Positions 1 to 12,789 of a stretch of DNA of 64,000 nt are shown in pieces. The stretch is from the human T2T-CHM13v2.0 reference genome, Homo sapiens, in NCBI RefSeq assembly GCF_009914755.1, contig NC_060940.1, one strand, 5' to 3'. The translations under genes were made by a program, and so were the position numbers. The notes below the pieces were generated by a model. It searched no databases and was not told the origin of the DNA. It saw nothing but the letters and a program-made list of their open reading frames with translations. The first letter of the stretch is position 1. Every line of letters begins with the position of its first letter.

Positions 1-559
1 GCACTTATTAAGTCACATAAAGTGGTCATTGGGACAGAGACTGTTAACTTCAAGCTCATGGTGTGAGAGACAGACATGAAAAATTGGTTAATACAATATA
101 GTGCAAAGAATAGTGACCTTCTCTCCTCATGGGATGGAGATGTGAATTTAGAGATGGCTTATTTCACTTAATTTAATATTTTCTCTCCTTCTCTGCCACA
201 CTTCACATTTCAGTTCATTCTGGAACTTGGGTCATCTCCCTTAAATACTGATCCAAATATGTTTTCTCCAACCTCTTTTAACCTACTAACTTGTCAAGTT
301 ACCTATATAATTGAGACTAAATCCTTAGGGTATCCTCAATGTTCTAGGCTCATGTTCTGTACATCAAGACTTATCTTCCTCCCTCTCCATGAATCTTGCA
401 CTCCACGTAAGCGCTTTTCATCATTCTCCTCATGTTCACAGGAAAACTCATACTTACTCATAACCTTTGCTTTTGCTGTTTCTCCCATCTCATGTGACCT
501 CTGCCTATGAAATTTCTAAGCTTCAGGTAAGCCCCAGCTCTGAACTCAACTCTCTCCTA

Positions 560-1260
560 ATATTCCCCAACTAGGCCATGGAATCTTAAAGATAGCTAGA
601 TCATCTATGGGCACACTTATCCCAGTTGAGTAATTTCGTTGCCCACCTCCAAGGTAATGAATAATACTATCCCCACTCTACGTTCAGTGACAAAATGATC
701 TCTACATTTTTAGGTAGCTGTACTTCCTATTGAATTATCCTTACCTGTAGGATTTTTCATAGAGCCAAAATTAACTTCTCTGAAACAACACTTTCTTTGG
801 CTTTGCTCTGCCTTTTGGAAAAGAAGAACAATTCTAACATCTTTCTTATGTATCTACCAATCACATGATTGAACCCAGTCATTTTTCTATTATCATCATT
901 CTGCTTAGATCTCTTCTCCAGCCTAAATATCTTAACAGCCTCAACTCTCCTGCAGGTGGGGGAGATGTCACTCTTTCTCAACACCCTGTTCAAATGCAAT
1001 ACCCCAATGCAGCATGTGACCATAGCTGCAGTCTTTATAAAAGAAGATGGTTTACTTATCTCTTCTCTTTGTCATTGATTTTTATTAGAGTAAGTTCATG
1101 ATTGCTTTTTCCAGCAGCTATTTTATGCTGCTGGTCATGGTGAGCATGAGGTCAACCAATGCAGCCCATTTTTCTGCAGGGACTGCCATTTAGGTAGGGC
1201 TTCCCCATCCGGTGCTTAGAGAGTAGAATTTAAAACTTGATCTCCATAAGCCCATGCAGT
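560..1260 (-). mobile_element. Ancient CR1/L3 LINE fragment (degraded)
   Basis: Contains 'ctcttctccagcctaaatatc..cagcctcaactctcc' and flanks resembling antisense CR1/L3 ORF2; boundaries approximate. Confidence 0.45.
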
Positions 1261-2024
1261 TTCCATCCCTCTGTGCTCTGCCTCCGTAAAATAGTTTGCC
1301 TGCTTAGTGAACTATGGTTCTAAAGGATGAAAACATCAAATGCATCGGCAAAAATCACAGGTATTGATAACTGGCCTAAAATATTTAAGTGTCATATAAT
1401 TCCAGCAGACCAAACTGACAGTAATAATAGTGGTGTTTTATACATCAATGTAATAATACTTAATAATGATGCTTTGTATTTATCCACTGCCTTTCTTTTG
1501 GAAATGTTGGCAGAGTAAAGTAAATCTAACATTGATATTAAAAAATAAACCCCTAAATTAATACCAGTTTGACATACCCCTTCAAAAAAAAAAAACTCAG
1601 AAAGCACAATATAAGGCTCTCTGACAACCTGGAAATGAATGGTTTTGCAAAGCATAAAAAATTTGGCCTGTAGGATGACAAGAAAGTCATATGTCACCTG
1701 TGACTAGTTGTAACTCCTACCCTCAGGGTGGGTGTTGGTTTAATTTTGACTCTGGAGAAACGTAGAGCAGTAAAATGTATAAAAAACATGGGCAAGTTCA
1801 CATCCCTCACTTGTCAGGGATATAAAGCAAAATCAAAATTATTTTCTAAGTCTTTGGACACAAAGTGATTATTTCTGGGGAATGTAAACAGTTGCCAATT
1901 CGAATACATATCAGTGGACTCCAGGTCAAGACTAAGGGACCAACAGGGTCAAGAGAACAGGCTGGCATCTGGATAAGCGAGTTATTAGGTATAAATTAAT
2001 ATAGGTAAATACCTCATTTGAAAC

Positions 2025-2384
2025 GGAAATGGTTTGGCTGTGTCCCCACCCAAATCTTACCTCGAATGGTAATAACCCCCATATGTCAAGGGCAGGGCCA
2101 GGTTGAGATAATGTGATCATGGGGGCAGTTTTTCCTATACTGTTCTCTTGGTAGTGAATAAGTATCATGGGATCTGATGGTTTTATAAATGGGAGCTCCT
2201 GAACTCCTCCAAGTTCTCTTGCCTGCTGCCATATAAAACATGACTTTACTTCTCCTTTGCTTTCCGCCATGATTCTGAAGCTTCCCCAGCCATGTGGAAC
2301 TGTGAGTCCTTGAAACCTCTTTCCTTTATAAATTACCCAGTCTTGGGTGTGTCTTTATTAACAGCATGAGAACAGACTAATACA
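2025..2384 (+). mobile_element. THE1B/C solo LTR (ERVL-MaLR)
   Basis: Starts 'atggtttggctgtgtccccacccaaatct', ends 'gaacagactaataca'; 5-bp TSD gaaac at 2020-2024 and 2385-2389. Confidence 0.93.
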
Positions 2385-2924
2385 GAAACACTGCATCAAT
2401 TACCATAAAAGTAATTTATAGAGGAGACATTCTAAGGGATAACAATGTCTTAGACATAAGAAACACATCTCTAATGGTAAAATTTTAAACATAAAAGTAA
2501 ACAGAGAGAAAATAAGATATTGAACCTAATTATAGGTCTTTCTATTTCTTCAAGTTAACCATGCAGTATGCGGTAAAAGAATAATTTAATATCAGATTGG
2601 CCAATATTTCTCAAGCTAAGAAGGAAAATACAATTTATTTTTCTCCCTGATTCTCTCTTTTACACACTAATTCCCAATACCTATATTTGTTAAGTAGTTA
2701 TCATGTGCAGAAGGAAATAAAACATATGATTTTTAAACAGTCTCTGTTTAAAGTGAGTAGAATCAACAAGGAGATAAAAACGTCAACATAACCAAAATCT
2801 AGGAAGGAAGTAGCTGGATGACACAATGTGCAGATAAGATCTCTGTAGGATTAGTGGGAGGATGACCTCATGAGGGATAGTAACAATCAGAAGTAAGACC
2901 TTGGAGAAGATTTTGTGACCTATG

Positions 2925-3486
2925 GAGATAGAGAAAGGGCATCCAGAGAAACAGAACCAATAGGATATATAGATAAAGATTTATTATGAGGAATTGGCTT
3001 ACATAACTATGAAGGCTGAGAAGACCCAAAACTTGCCATACATTAGCTGGAGGCCCAGGAAAGCTGGTTCCAGTCCCAACCCAAAGGCCTGATAACCAAA
3101 AGAGTCAATGATGTAAGTCCCACTCCCCAGTCTGAAGGCCTGAGAACCAGGAGCACTGACATCCGAAGGCAACAGAAAGTGGATATTCCAGCTAAAGCAG
3201 AAAGAGCAAATTCACCCTTCCACATTTTTGTTCTGTTCAGGTGTTCAAAGGATTGGTTGGCTTCTACTCACACCATTATCAGATTGGCCAATATTTCTTA
3301 AGCTAAAAAGGAAAATACAATTTATAAATATAAAATACATGGGGAAGAGAAATCTACTCTACTCAGTCTACCAAGTCAAATACTAATTTCCTCTAAAAAC
3401 ATTCTCACAGACATAGCCCCAAGTTTTACCAGCTTTCTGGGCATCCCTTAGCCCAGTCAAGTTGAAACATAAAATTAACTATCACA
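2925..3486 (-). mobile_element. MLT2-family LTR (ERVL), interrupted by a ~65-bp insertion
   Basis: 'ccagagaaacagaaccaataggatat...gaggaattggctt' through 'cccagtcaagttgaaacataaaattaactatcaca' matches antisense MLT2. Confidence 0.85.
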
Positions 3487-3754
3487 GCATCCTAGGGTGG
3501 GTAAACATCCATAGCAAAGACATCTAAAAAGAAGAGGAGATACGGTGTTTTTGGTCTAGGCCACAGGGGGCATCATTGACACTATTTTGTGATAACCTAT
3601 TTCATCGTAGATGCTGTTACTTTCGTTAGGGTTGTCTCTATGAGCTTTTAATCCTCAGCATAATTCTATTGTTCAATATCCAATCTGTCATGACAGAAAA
3701 CTTTTTATTAAGCAGTTACAATATGATCACCCTTTATGCTAAGCATTTTGAATT

Positions 3755-4310
3755 TTGTGGTATTTTTGGCCAAAATAATTGACTTCCCTGTAGCTGTGGA
3801 CATTGCTGCAACTTTGTAACTGCCTTCTGATTTTGGACTTGTTTTGTGGCAAAGATGTTGTTATACTAGATCTGAGCCCAAGCCTCAAAAGGTTTTGAAT
3901 CTCTCTTTCTCTCTGTCTCCATCTCCTCTCTCTCACTCACTCACTCTCTCTCCTTTTGTCTCTTTCAATCTCTCTCTCTCTCTCTCCCCACCCTCTGTCT
4001 CCCCCAGAACTTTGTCCAACCACCATGAGAACAAGTCCAGAGTAGCCTACTGGAGAAAGAAAACTCAGTTTTTCCAGCAAAGACCATTCTAGAATCTTGA
4101 GCTAGCCAACTCCCAAACACATGAAAGAACTCAGACAGGATCGGCAAAGCCACCTACCCATCTTGTAGCTGAACATACAAGCAAAAATGAGCCCAGGTAA
4201 AACAGAAGAGCTGCCCAAATCACCGGTAGACTCATGAGCCAAAATAAACAGTTGTTTTAAGCCATTGAGCATTGTTAGTTTGTTATGCAGCAACAGCTAG
4301 CTGATATACA
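3755..4310 (+). mobile_element. MLT1-family LTR (ERVL-MaLR) containing a (CT)n tract
   Basis: 3' end 'aataaacagttgttttaagccattgag..tttgttatgcagcaacagctagctgata' is typical of MLT1; imperfect (CT)n at ~3899-3990. Confidence 0.7.
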
Positions 4311-4490
4311 TATACTGCTCACAACCAACTGTGAAACAGGTATTGTTACACATCCCCATTTTAAAGGTGAAATAACTAAAGTTTTAGAGAACGAAGTCAC
4401 TTGTACTAGGTCACGTGTAGCTAGTATTTTAATTCAGATTGTCCTTTTTCTAGAGCCAGAAGGCTTAACCACTTGCTGATACTGCCTATC
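4310..4490 (-). mobile_element. MIR SINE
   Basis: 'catccccattttaaaggtgaaataactaaag..gtcacttg..aggtcacgtgtagctagt' is the antisense MIR core. Confidence 0.7.
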
Positions 4491-4787
4491 CATATGATCC
4501 AAATGTTGTAGTTATATTTGGAATAAGTAAAATCAGGCACATATTAAGAAGCAGAAACAAGATGCAAAGTCAGGTCTGCCTTACCCTAAACTCACACACT
4601 TGTTGTGCCATCCTATCTTCTCTCACACAAAAGGGAAGCACTGAAAAATCAATACCATGATAAAGGAAGATTGAGGTCAAATCTACATGCTTTTGGACAC
4701 CAGGGCAAAGAGCTTTAGCTGCTTATGTTTTGAAGATAGTAAGCAGTCCTACAATTATTTTAGCAAAGGTAGTACAAAAGTGCTTAC

Positions 4788-4886
4788 CTTCTTTAGGCAG
4801 CGTAGGGGTAGCAGGAACACTTTCAAACATGCCATAACCCAAGAATGAATTCGGTATTTGTGTTTTCTGCCAAGCAAAATATCTCT
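4788..4886 (-). other. Candidate 99-nt internal exon (probably lncRNA)
   Basis: Minus strand reads ccttttctgcag|AGAGAT...AAAGAAG|gtaagc; no recognisable protein. Confidence 0.3.
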
Positions 4887-6094
4887 CTGCAGAAAAGGGC
4901 CCTCTCTTTAGCTTAAAAATAAATTCAGGATGAATAAACCTCAAAAACTTCAGGGGCTAGGTCAGAAACATATCTTCCATGCAGAATATAAACACCAACT
5001 TTTTGTAGAGTCATGAAGTGTCCATATTTTTTTAAATCATAAAATATGTTGGCATACTTTACTTCCACAAGGACCCCTACCATGAGGATAACCTTAATCC
5101 AGCACAAAAGAAAAATATTTACAGGAACTGAGGCCGGTAAGTTGTTCTCCCCTGTGTGATGTGATATACTGACTACTCTGATTATGCAACAGTTTGATGG
5201 GCATGGTAGAAAAAAACGCTTAGGAGTATAAATATTAATGCTTAGGCAGTGATTTGTGTAAACTGTGTAGCAAAAACAAAAGTACAAATATAAGTTTTTC
5301 ACATATTTGCCTTGTCTATGGCATATATTATTCACACCACATGTTTTCCATCTCTACAGCTCTTCTGAGTGACTGGAAACCATATTTCTCAAATACTGAA
5401 TTCTCATAAAATGTTTTTTGTTTCTTTGTCTTTTTATTTAAATCTTGAATCAGATGAGAATTGTACCTGGTTTGCAAACTGGCACTAAAGCATTAAAATT
5501 GGGTTTTAAAAGTTTCTTTTGTGAATATTATGGGATATCCAAAAAGTTCAGGATGGCAATATCAAACAGCATCAAAATGTTTCTAAACTTTTTAAAAAAT
5601 GTTCTCCTTTTATGTCAAACGATGCAGTGTTCATAGAATAAAAATCTCTAATTCTCTTTTGACATGATCTGTAAGTGAGGAGGTAGTGGAGTTCTTCCTT
5701 CCACTCTTAGAATTCTACAAAGAAGCCCTCAGTAGTGACATGGGAAAAGAGGTTCTTCCTTTTCTTTGCTAGAGATGGAAGAGAAGCTGCGTTCTTTCTC
5801 CTGTGCCCTGCATAATACACCCTCCACTAATACCGTTACTGCTCATACCTATTGTCCTTAAGAAACACTAATGTGATCCTCTGCTTCTTTCTTCCACCAA
5901 GTATCTGTTCTTAAGTTACAACATGTAGCCAAATTGGGAATACACATACTGTGATTCAAACAGATTTCATAGCTTACCTGGCTGATTCTAGTGAACCTTA
6001 TTGAGGCAGGAACTCCTGACCAGGTTACCATGTTAACCTTGCACAGTTAATAGCACATGAGCTGTGGAGCATCGTATTCTGCCCTAAGAGTTTT

Positions 6095-7010
6095 CACCCA
6101 CCTAATCAACAAGTATTTCTGGAGTATCTGTCCACTGTCAGATCTTGTGCTTGGTACTGAGGATATAGCAGTGTGGAATGTAACGAGATGAGCATGGCCC
6201 TTGGAGACAGTGGGAGAGAGATAATAAGAGTAAAAAATGAAACAAAGTGATTATTGATTGTGATACATGCTCTAATGGGAATAAACATGGTGGTACCGTA
6301 TACAATAAGTCTACTCTGCAGAGGAGGACTTCTATAAGGAGATGGCATTGGAGTTGAGACCAGAGTGATGAGACAAAGCTCATCATGTGGAGATGGGCAG
6401 AAATACATTACCATAAAAAGTAAAAGGAAGTGCAGAGGGCCCACAATGAGAAGAGCTTGGTATGTTCAAGGAAATGGAGCAGGTAGCAAAAGAGGAGTCC
6501 AGGAGACTGGGCAGGATCCAGATCACTTAGTGTATTAGTCCATTTTCATGCTGCTGATAAAGACATACCCAAGACAGGGTCATTTATAAAAAAAACAGAT
6601 TTAATTGACTCACAGTTCCACATGGCTGGGAAGGCCTCACAATCATGGTGGAAGGCAAGCAGGACCAAGTCACATCTTACATGGCGGCAGAGAAGAGAGA
6701 GAACTTGTGCAGGGAAACTCCTTTTCATAAAACCATCAGATCTTGTGAGACTTACTCACTATCATGAGAACAGCATGGGAAAGACTCACCCCTGTGATTC
6801 AATTACCTCCCACTGAGTCTCTACCATGAAACATGGGAATTGTGGGAGCTACAATTCTAGATGAGATTTGGTGGGGGGGGGTTGTGGTGCACAGCCAAAC
6901 CATATCATTTAGACACTTGCCAACCCTAACAAGAAGTTAGAATTTTACAGGAAGTGGAAAGTTTTTGAAGGGTTGCAAGTGGAGATGAAACTTGATCTTA
7001 TTTATATAGA
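6095..7010 (-). mobile_element. L2 LINE 3' fragment, split by a THE1 LTR
   Basis: 'caacaagtatttctggagtatct..gtgcttggtactgaggatatagcagtg' and 'agagcttggtatgttcaagg' are antisense L2 3' motifs. Confidence 0.65.
6531..6907 (-). mobile_element. THE1B/C solo LTR
   Basis: 'tgtattagtccattttcatgctgctgataaagacataccc' to 'cagccaaaccatatca'; TSD cttag/tttag. Confidence 0.93.
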
Positions 7011-7559
7011 CTCTTGCTCAACACTCAGGATTGGGACTTCCCTCCAAACATTGTTTTGTAGGAAACTTTCCCATAAGGGAGCTTCTGCACTTCTTCTCTG
7101 GAGTCAAGACTCCATCCTCACCACAGGGTTTCTGTTTACTGTCTGGGCTGCTACTTGGCTACCCCTTTTTCCCTCTGATGCTGGTAATGATGGCTATCTA
7201 GAAATCTCTTCTCCATTACTCTCCCATCACTTCCACATGCTCAAACAGTTATCCCAGCTAAGTCTGAATTCAATGTGTTGCCTCTTGGCAGACTGAGGGT
7301 CCAGCTACTGTTGAATATCCACTCGGGAATCTAGACAGGTCTTCATCCTCTTCCTATTGTAACCAGCCACTCAGATCTTGGCATGCCTTCTGAAAGCTGA
7401 ATCTACAAGAGCTATTCTAATGCTTAATATCCCCAAGCAGAAATAACTCAAGGCAGACATCTACAAAACAGACATGTTTTATGCTTTGTCCTGTTCTGGT
7501 CATCTGAATCTTAATTGAAATAAATACACAGTATTTCCCAATCCTAATAAGATCATAGT

Positions 7560-7750
7560 TTCTTCCTTATTTTTCCCTTCCTTCCTTCCTTCCCTCCTTC
7601 CTCCCTCCATTCCTTCCTTGCTTCCTTCCTACCTTCCTTCCTTCTTTCCTCTTTCTGTCCTGTTTTCTTTCTTTTTCCTTCTCTACCATCCCTCTCTACC
7701 TTCTTTACTCTTTGGTCCTTCTCTACCATCTTTCTTTTTCCATCCTTTGT
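7560..7750. repeat. (CCTT)n / pyrimidine-rich low-complexity tract
   Basis: ccttccttccttcc... seen directly. Confidence 0.9.
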
Positions 7751-7839
7751 ACTTTAATAACTAAAAGAAAGATGAAGTCCCTTAAAGGATTTATGAACAT
7801 GATAATCCTGGTAATAATACTAATTATGATGATAATAAA

Positions 7840-8030
7840 ATTATCATAGCTAACACTTATTATAAATCCTCACAACTCTAATTGGTACTATTAATATCGC
7901 TATTTAAACATGAAGAGCTTGAAACCTGTAAAGGCTAAGGCACTTGTCAAGGTCACAGAGGTGGCATAAGACAGAACTGGGTGGCCCAAATGCAAAGGTC
8001 ATGTATGCCTCACCATGCTTTGTTGGATAC
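7840..8030 (-). mobile_element. MIR SINE
   Basis: 'aatcctcacaactcta..ggcacttgtcaaggtcacagag' antisense MIR. Confidence 0.65.
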
Positions 8031-8841
8031 CTTGTATTGTGAAGCATGAGTGAGCCTATATTCTGTATTGAAAACTTTGTGAAGTGTGCCATGCAGAGAA
8101 AGGCATTTTTAACTATCATCTGAAATAAGATAAGTGCAATTACAGAGAGGGCTGTTCGATCCAGTTCTGATGTTGACCTCTCATTCCTCTTCCCAGAAGT
8201 GCTGGTAGAAATGCTTGACAACTGTGTCTGATGGACACACAACTGGAAAAAGCCATATTGTGGGTGTCTATGTGTGTGTGACCCCACTTTCTGCCATGAA
8301 TCCTGAACCAGTCCAGATCCCTTATCTCTCAGTTAAGTGTATACATCAGTAAGGGTATACCTCCATTTATTTCTGCTTCCTTCCAACATGCTTCCTATTG
8401 ATATCTGTGCTTATTTGAGTATTCAGCGGAGCTCTCTGTTTTGCCAACCTGAATGCTGAATTCTGCCCCTGCTCTCTCTGCAGCGGTGGTAGTGTTGGTG
8501 GTGTCTGTATTTAGGGGTGGCAGTCATTTGACCACTGTGGTTTATGGACAAGTGTTTTACATGCTTTTCTGAGGAAAGAGTTAATTCCAACTGGGGGTTT
8601 ATGGCAAAAATAGATTATCCATTAGATAAAGACAGTCCTCAATAACCCTCTTCAGCCCCATTAAGTATCACCTGTCAACAGGCTCAGCACTACCTCGGGG
8701 CGTGACAACATAATCTCTGTATTTCCATTAGTGGGTTGGGTCAGTTGTATCATTCACATTCGGGATAAGTACCACTCCAAGATGACTTATTTATAAAATA
8801 ATGTAATTTAAAATAAAAATCCAGAAGGTTTCTGTGTTTAA

Positions 8842-9229
<388 letters not shown>

Positions 9230-9429
9230 AGAAGTATTTATTTGACTAGACAACGTATACAGACATGCACACAAAATCATCATGTACAATATTCTCCAAG
9301 AAATTAGGGCCTGGGCTAAAATATGTTTTAGGAAGTCTCTGTAGTCTAGAGAACTGTTTCTGAAAAATATACCAAATCTAAAATAACAGCCACTAAGTTG
9401 CTTTTGGTTGTCTTGTAAATTGACTTCAT

Positions 9430-9452
9430 TATATATATATATATATATATAT
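9430..9452. repeat. (TA)n microsatellite
   Basis: Seen directly. Confidence 0.9.
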
Positions 9453-9460
9453 TTTAAATA

Positions 9461-9797
9461 CAATAGTCATTCCTTTTCCGTGGTGGTTTCGCTTTCTGCA
9501 GTTTCAGTTACCTACAATTAACCACAGTCCAAAAATAGGTGAATATAGAACGAGATATTTTGAGAGAGATAGAGCACATTTATATAACTTTTATGACACT
9601 ATATTTTTATAATTATTCTTTTTTATTACTAGTTATTGTTGCTAATCTCTTACTGTGCCTAATTTATAAATTAAACATTATTATAGATATGTATGTATAG
9701 GAATAAAAAGTGTATATAGGGTTTAGTACTATCTGCAGTTTCAGGCAGCCTATAGGGATCTTGGAACATATTCCCTACAGATAAGGGGCGACTACTG
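9461..9797 (+). mobile_element. MER44A-like Tigger-derived DNA transposon
   Basis: Degenerate TIRs 'caatagtcattccttttcc' and 'gataaggggcgactactg'; internal 'aatctcttactgtgcctaatttataaattaaac'. Confidence 0.85.
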
Positions 9798-10224
9798 AAA
9801 GGTGATATTGTGTGGGTTTGGCCAAATTAGTGAGTATACTTTTTCACATGAACGAATTTTCCAGATAACTAAGACTTAGTATTGATCCCAGTGGTAATTG
9901 CTTATATTAACTATTTTTAAAAGAAACTGTAATTTAATGTATCACATACCTCTTGGCTTTTTGAAACAGAAAATACAGAAACCAAGCTAACCTTTTCTTG
10001 ATGTCACAGTCTGCCATTATCAATAGCTGTGGCAGAGAGAAAAAGTGCTGGATTTGAAGTTACTTGATACTACGTGCATGTTTACACTCTGCTTCTCTTC
10101 ACAAAGAATTTGAGGTCAGCTTACAAAATTATATGTAATACAGAAGAAAAGTGACAAATAAGTGAAGGAATCAAGATGAGGAGAAAATACAGGAAAGCAA
10201 ATACAAAAGCCAGGAAAAATATTA

Positions 10225-10660
10225 GTGAGCCAGGATCCTGACTTAGCACGCTGGCTGCAAGTGATGGAAATCCAGCTTGAAATTGCCTGAGGACCAATGA
10301 AGAATTAATTGCTGCATATAAAATACTGCAGTAGTAAACAATGGCAGAAATGGCCTTGAGGTTGACCAGAAATAGCTTCTGAACACTGTCAGGACTCTCT
10401 CTGTAGGTTTCTCATCTCTGTTACTCTGTGCACTGAGTCCTCACTTTTCCATTATTTAAAGGCAAGGAGATGGTCTGACTTACTGGAACATCTGCATTTC
10501 TCTACCAGTTCTTTGAGTAGGACCCCACTTGGCACAGCTTGGGTCCCATGGACATCTCTGGACAATTCACTCTGGCTAGGAGGATGTTTATTATGATGGA
10601 GCCAGTCTCGTTCCAATGTCATCCCTGTAGTTGAGTAAATGAGTGAACCAGTTTCCTGAT
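10225..10660 (-). mobile_element. Old MLT1-type LTR (degraded)
   Basis: 'ggctgcaagtgatggaaatccagcttgaaattg' resembles the antisense 3' end of an old MLT1. Confidence 0.45.
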
Positions 10661-11079
10661 CAGGGAAAGGAACGACCCTCAGAGAAAAGCAACAGCCACT
10701 ATATAAGCATTCTACATGGCCTCATGGAAGCCTAAATATTGGCCCAGATTTTCATTTAAGCTTCCCAGTGTCCAAAAAATGCAGGAAATACAATTGTTTA
10801 CATGATTCTTGATTTCTGTAACACAACAGGAAAGAGGGGCTTGGGGGAGAGTAGAAAAGAAGAGCTGGTATTTCAAGGGAAGCTCAGCTTTTCCTTGCAT
10901 TCATACCAGAGATCTCTCCCACCTGGTGGTTCCTGAGTTAGGGAACCATAGAATACGTGAGTGAAGTCAGAATGTGGTATTCTAATTAGCTCTGGCCCCA
11001 AACATGGCTTAGAATTTTATTCTTTATGCTGAGCATGGACATACAATTGTTTCTCCTCACCTCTCAGTCCTCTACTTGA

Positions 11080-11640
11080 TCACAGTGGGGTCTTGGCAGC
11101 CTGCTTTTGCCAGGAATCAGATCTATCCTTGTTGCAAACCACAGCAAAAATAAACAAACGAAACGACCTGTGTCCTTTGCCCACAGCAGGGAACAGATGT
11201 CCACATCCTGGACTCAGGAATTTGCGCAGAAGGAGACACTCCAAGCAGTGCTCCGACACACAAGAGGCCCCAGGAATTCGGAGACCTGAGTAACCCCAAG
11301 GAAGCCCTGGCCGCACTCAGGCTGCTGTTTTCAGGCAAAACTAAACAACTCATATCAGTCCAAGCACAAAGGATACTCTCCAAGGATCATGGACATGGAG
11401 GTTTGGATTGATTTGCATTCTTTTGCCAAGGAAAGCATTAACTGGCCCTTTGGGAAGCCCACCTAGTCAAAGGCTAAAAGCTTTATTGTGCCTGGAGGAC
11501 AATCTGCACTTCCGCTCCTTCGGGACTCACCTACTCTCGTGGTAATTCCATGCCAAACCACAACCTCCTAGGAAATGGATCTGACTCTGAGTCAGAGATG
11601 CGTTCCAAGTCCTAGGGCTATTGGCCCCGCCAACTTATAT
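11080..11640. promoter_or_regulatory. Candidate enhancer/promoter
   Basis: RUNX AACCACA at 11137 and 11556, FOX TAAACAAA 11151, ETS CACTTCCG 11507, AP-1 TGAGTCA 11588, ATTGG 11620 next to GC box CCCCGCC 11625; minus-strand donor TAG|GTGAGT at 11531/11530. Confidence 0.35.
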
Positions 11641-11978
11641 CCTCACCCCTTGACTGCCATTTCTCTCTTTTGCCAATACTGACACTAATTGTAGAGTTCC
11701 CCAACTCCACGCTGCCACTTGCTTATTTCGTTATTATTGCTCAACCTGTGTGACTATTTTGGAGGACAGAGATTCCTAGGTCTCTGTATCTGGATCTTTC
11801 TCTAAGCTGGCAAGTAACCTGCTTTATCTAACCTTCCTACTGTCAGTGACCCAAGCAGTAGAAGTCACCTCCCTAATTGTCTTCTATGAGTTGGAAACCA
11901 AATAAAAAGATTTATTAGAAATATGTATAGAGTTAGAGCCTGTGTGTACTGACTGAAGTTCTAAAGGCTCCTCCCATA

Positions 11979-12034
11979 GTGTGTATGTGTGTGCATATGT
12001 GTGTGCGTGTGTGTGTGTGCATCTGTGCGTGTGT
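11979..12034. repeat. Imperfect (TG)n microsatellite
   Basis: gtgtgtatgtgtgtgcatatgtgtgtgcgtgtgtgt... Confidence 0.85.
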
Positions 12035-12099
12035 TTAAAGGGCTTTTTGAAAACCATCTCTGCCTATTGCAAGCCCTTCCCTCTTATTTCTAATTTCAG

Positions 12100-12139
12100 G
12101 AATACATTTTGGTAAAGTTGCTGGAAGTCTGGCCTGTAG
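12100..12139 (+). other. Candidate 40-nt exon
   Basis: ccttccctcttatttctaatttcag|GAATAC...CTGTAG|gtaagt. Confidence 0.3.
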
Positions 12140-12789
12140 GTAAGTGGGGCATCATTGTTCATAAAAAGACACCAAGTATCCTATGAATCCCAGGCTCTGC
12201 ATCTCTACAATGACTGGTGGACGTGTTTTGTGAACAGACTGGGAACTCAAATGAATTGTTCCCATGTTCCAGTGAGAAACATCATCACCCTGCTCCCAAA
12301 CAACATACTATGTGCAAAAGAGAGACAAAGACCTGAAGTTTCTCTTTCCGAGGGTATATTTGTTATGGATTTGGAGAGAGCCACAACCTTTCCTACACAT
12401 TATTGCTCAGATGAGCTTCCTGCGTTCAGAAGAAGGAAGTGGGGGTATGGCAGGTAGTTGCAGAGGTAGGTTTATGCCCAACTGGAATGGGAGTCATCAA
12501 ATGGCACAGCTGTCCTGGGGCTCCAAACAGCTTCTCATCAGGATTCCCTGGAACTCCCCCAGCTTTGCCTCAGACGTTCCAAGCTCAGTTTTGTATATGC
12601 AGTTACATTTCCGCTGCCTTCCTCGGGGGACCAGCTTTAAGTAAAGAGGATGAGAATGTGAAGTTACAGAGCTCAGCTTGCCAATACTCCACCAGAGGAA
12701 ATCACAGGGCAGAATGACAAGATCACTGCTTGGGGCTTAAGTACAAAGAAACAAGGCTTCCTGCCTGCGCCACTCCCACTCCCAAGGCC

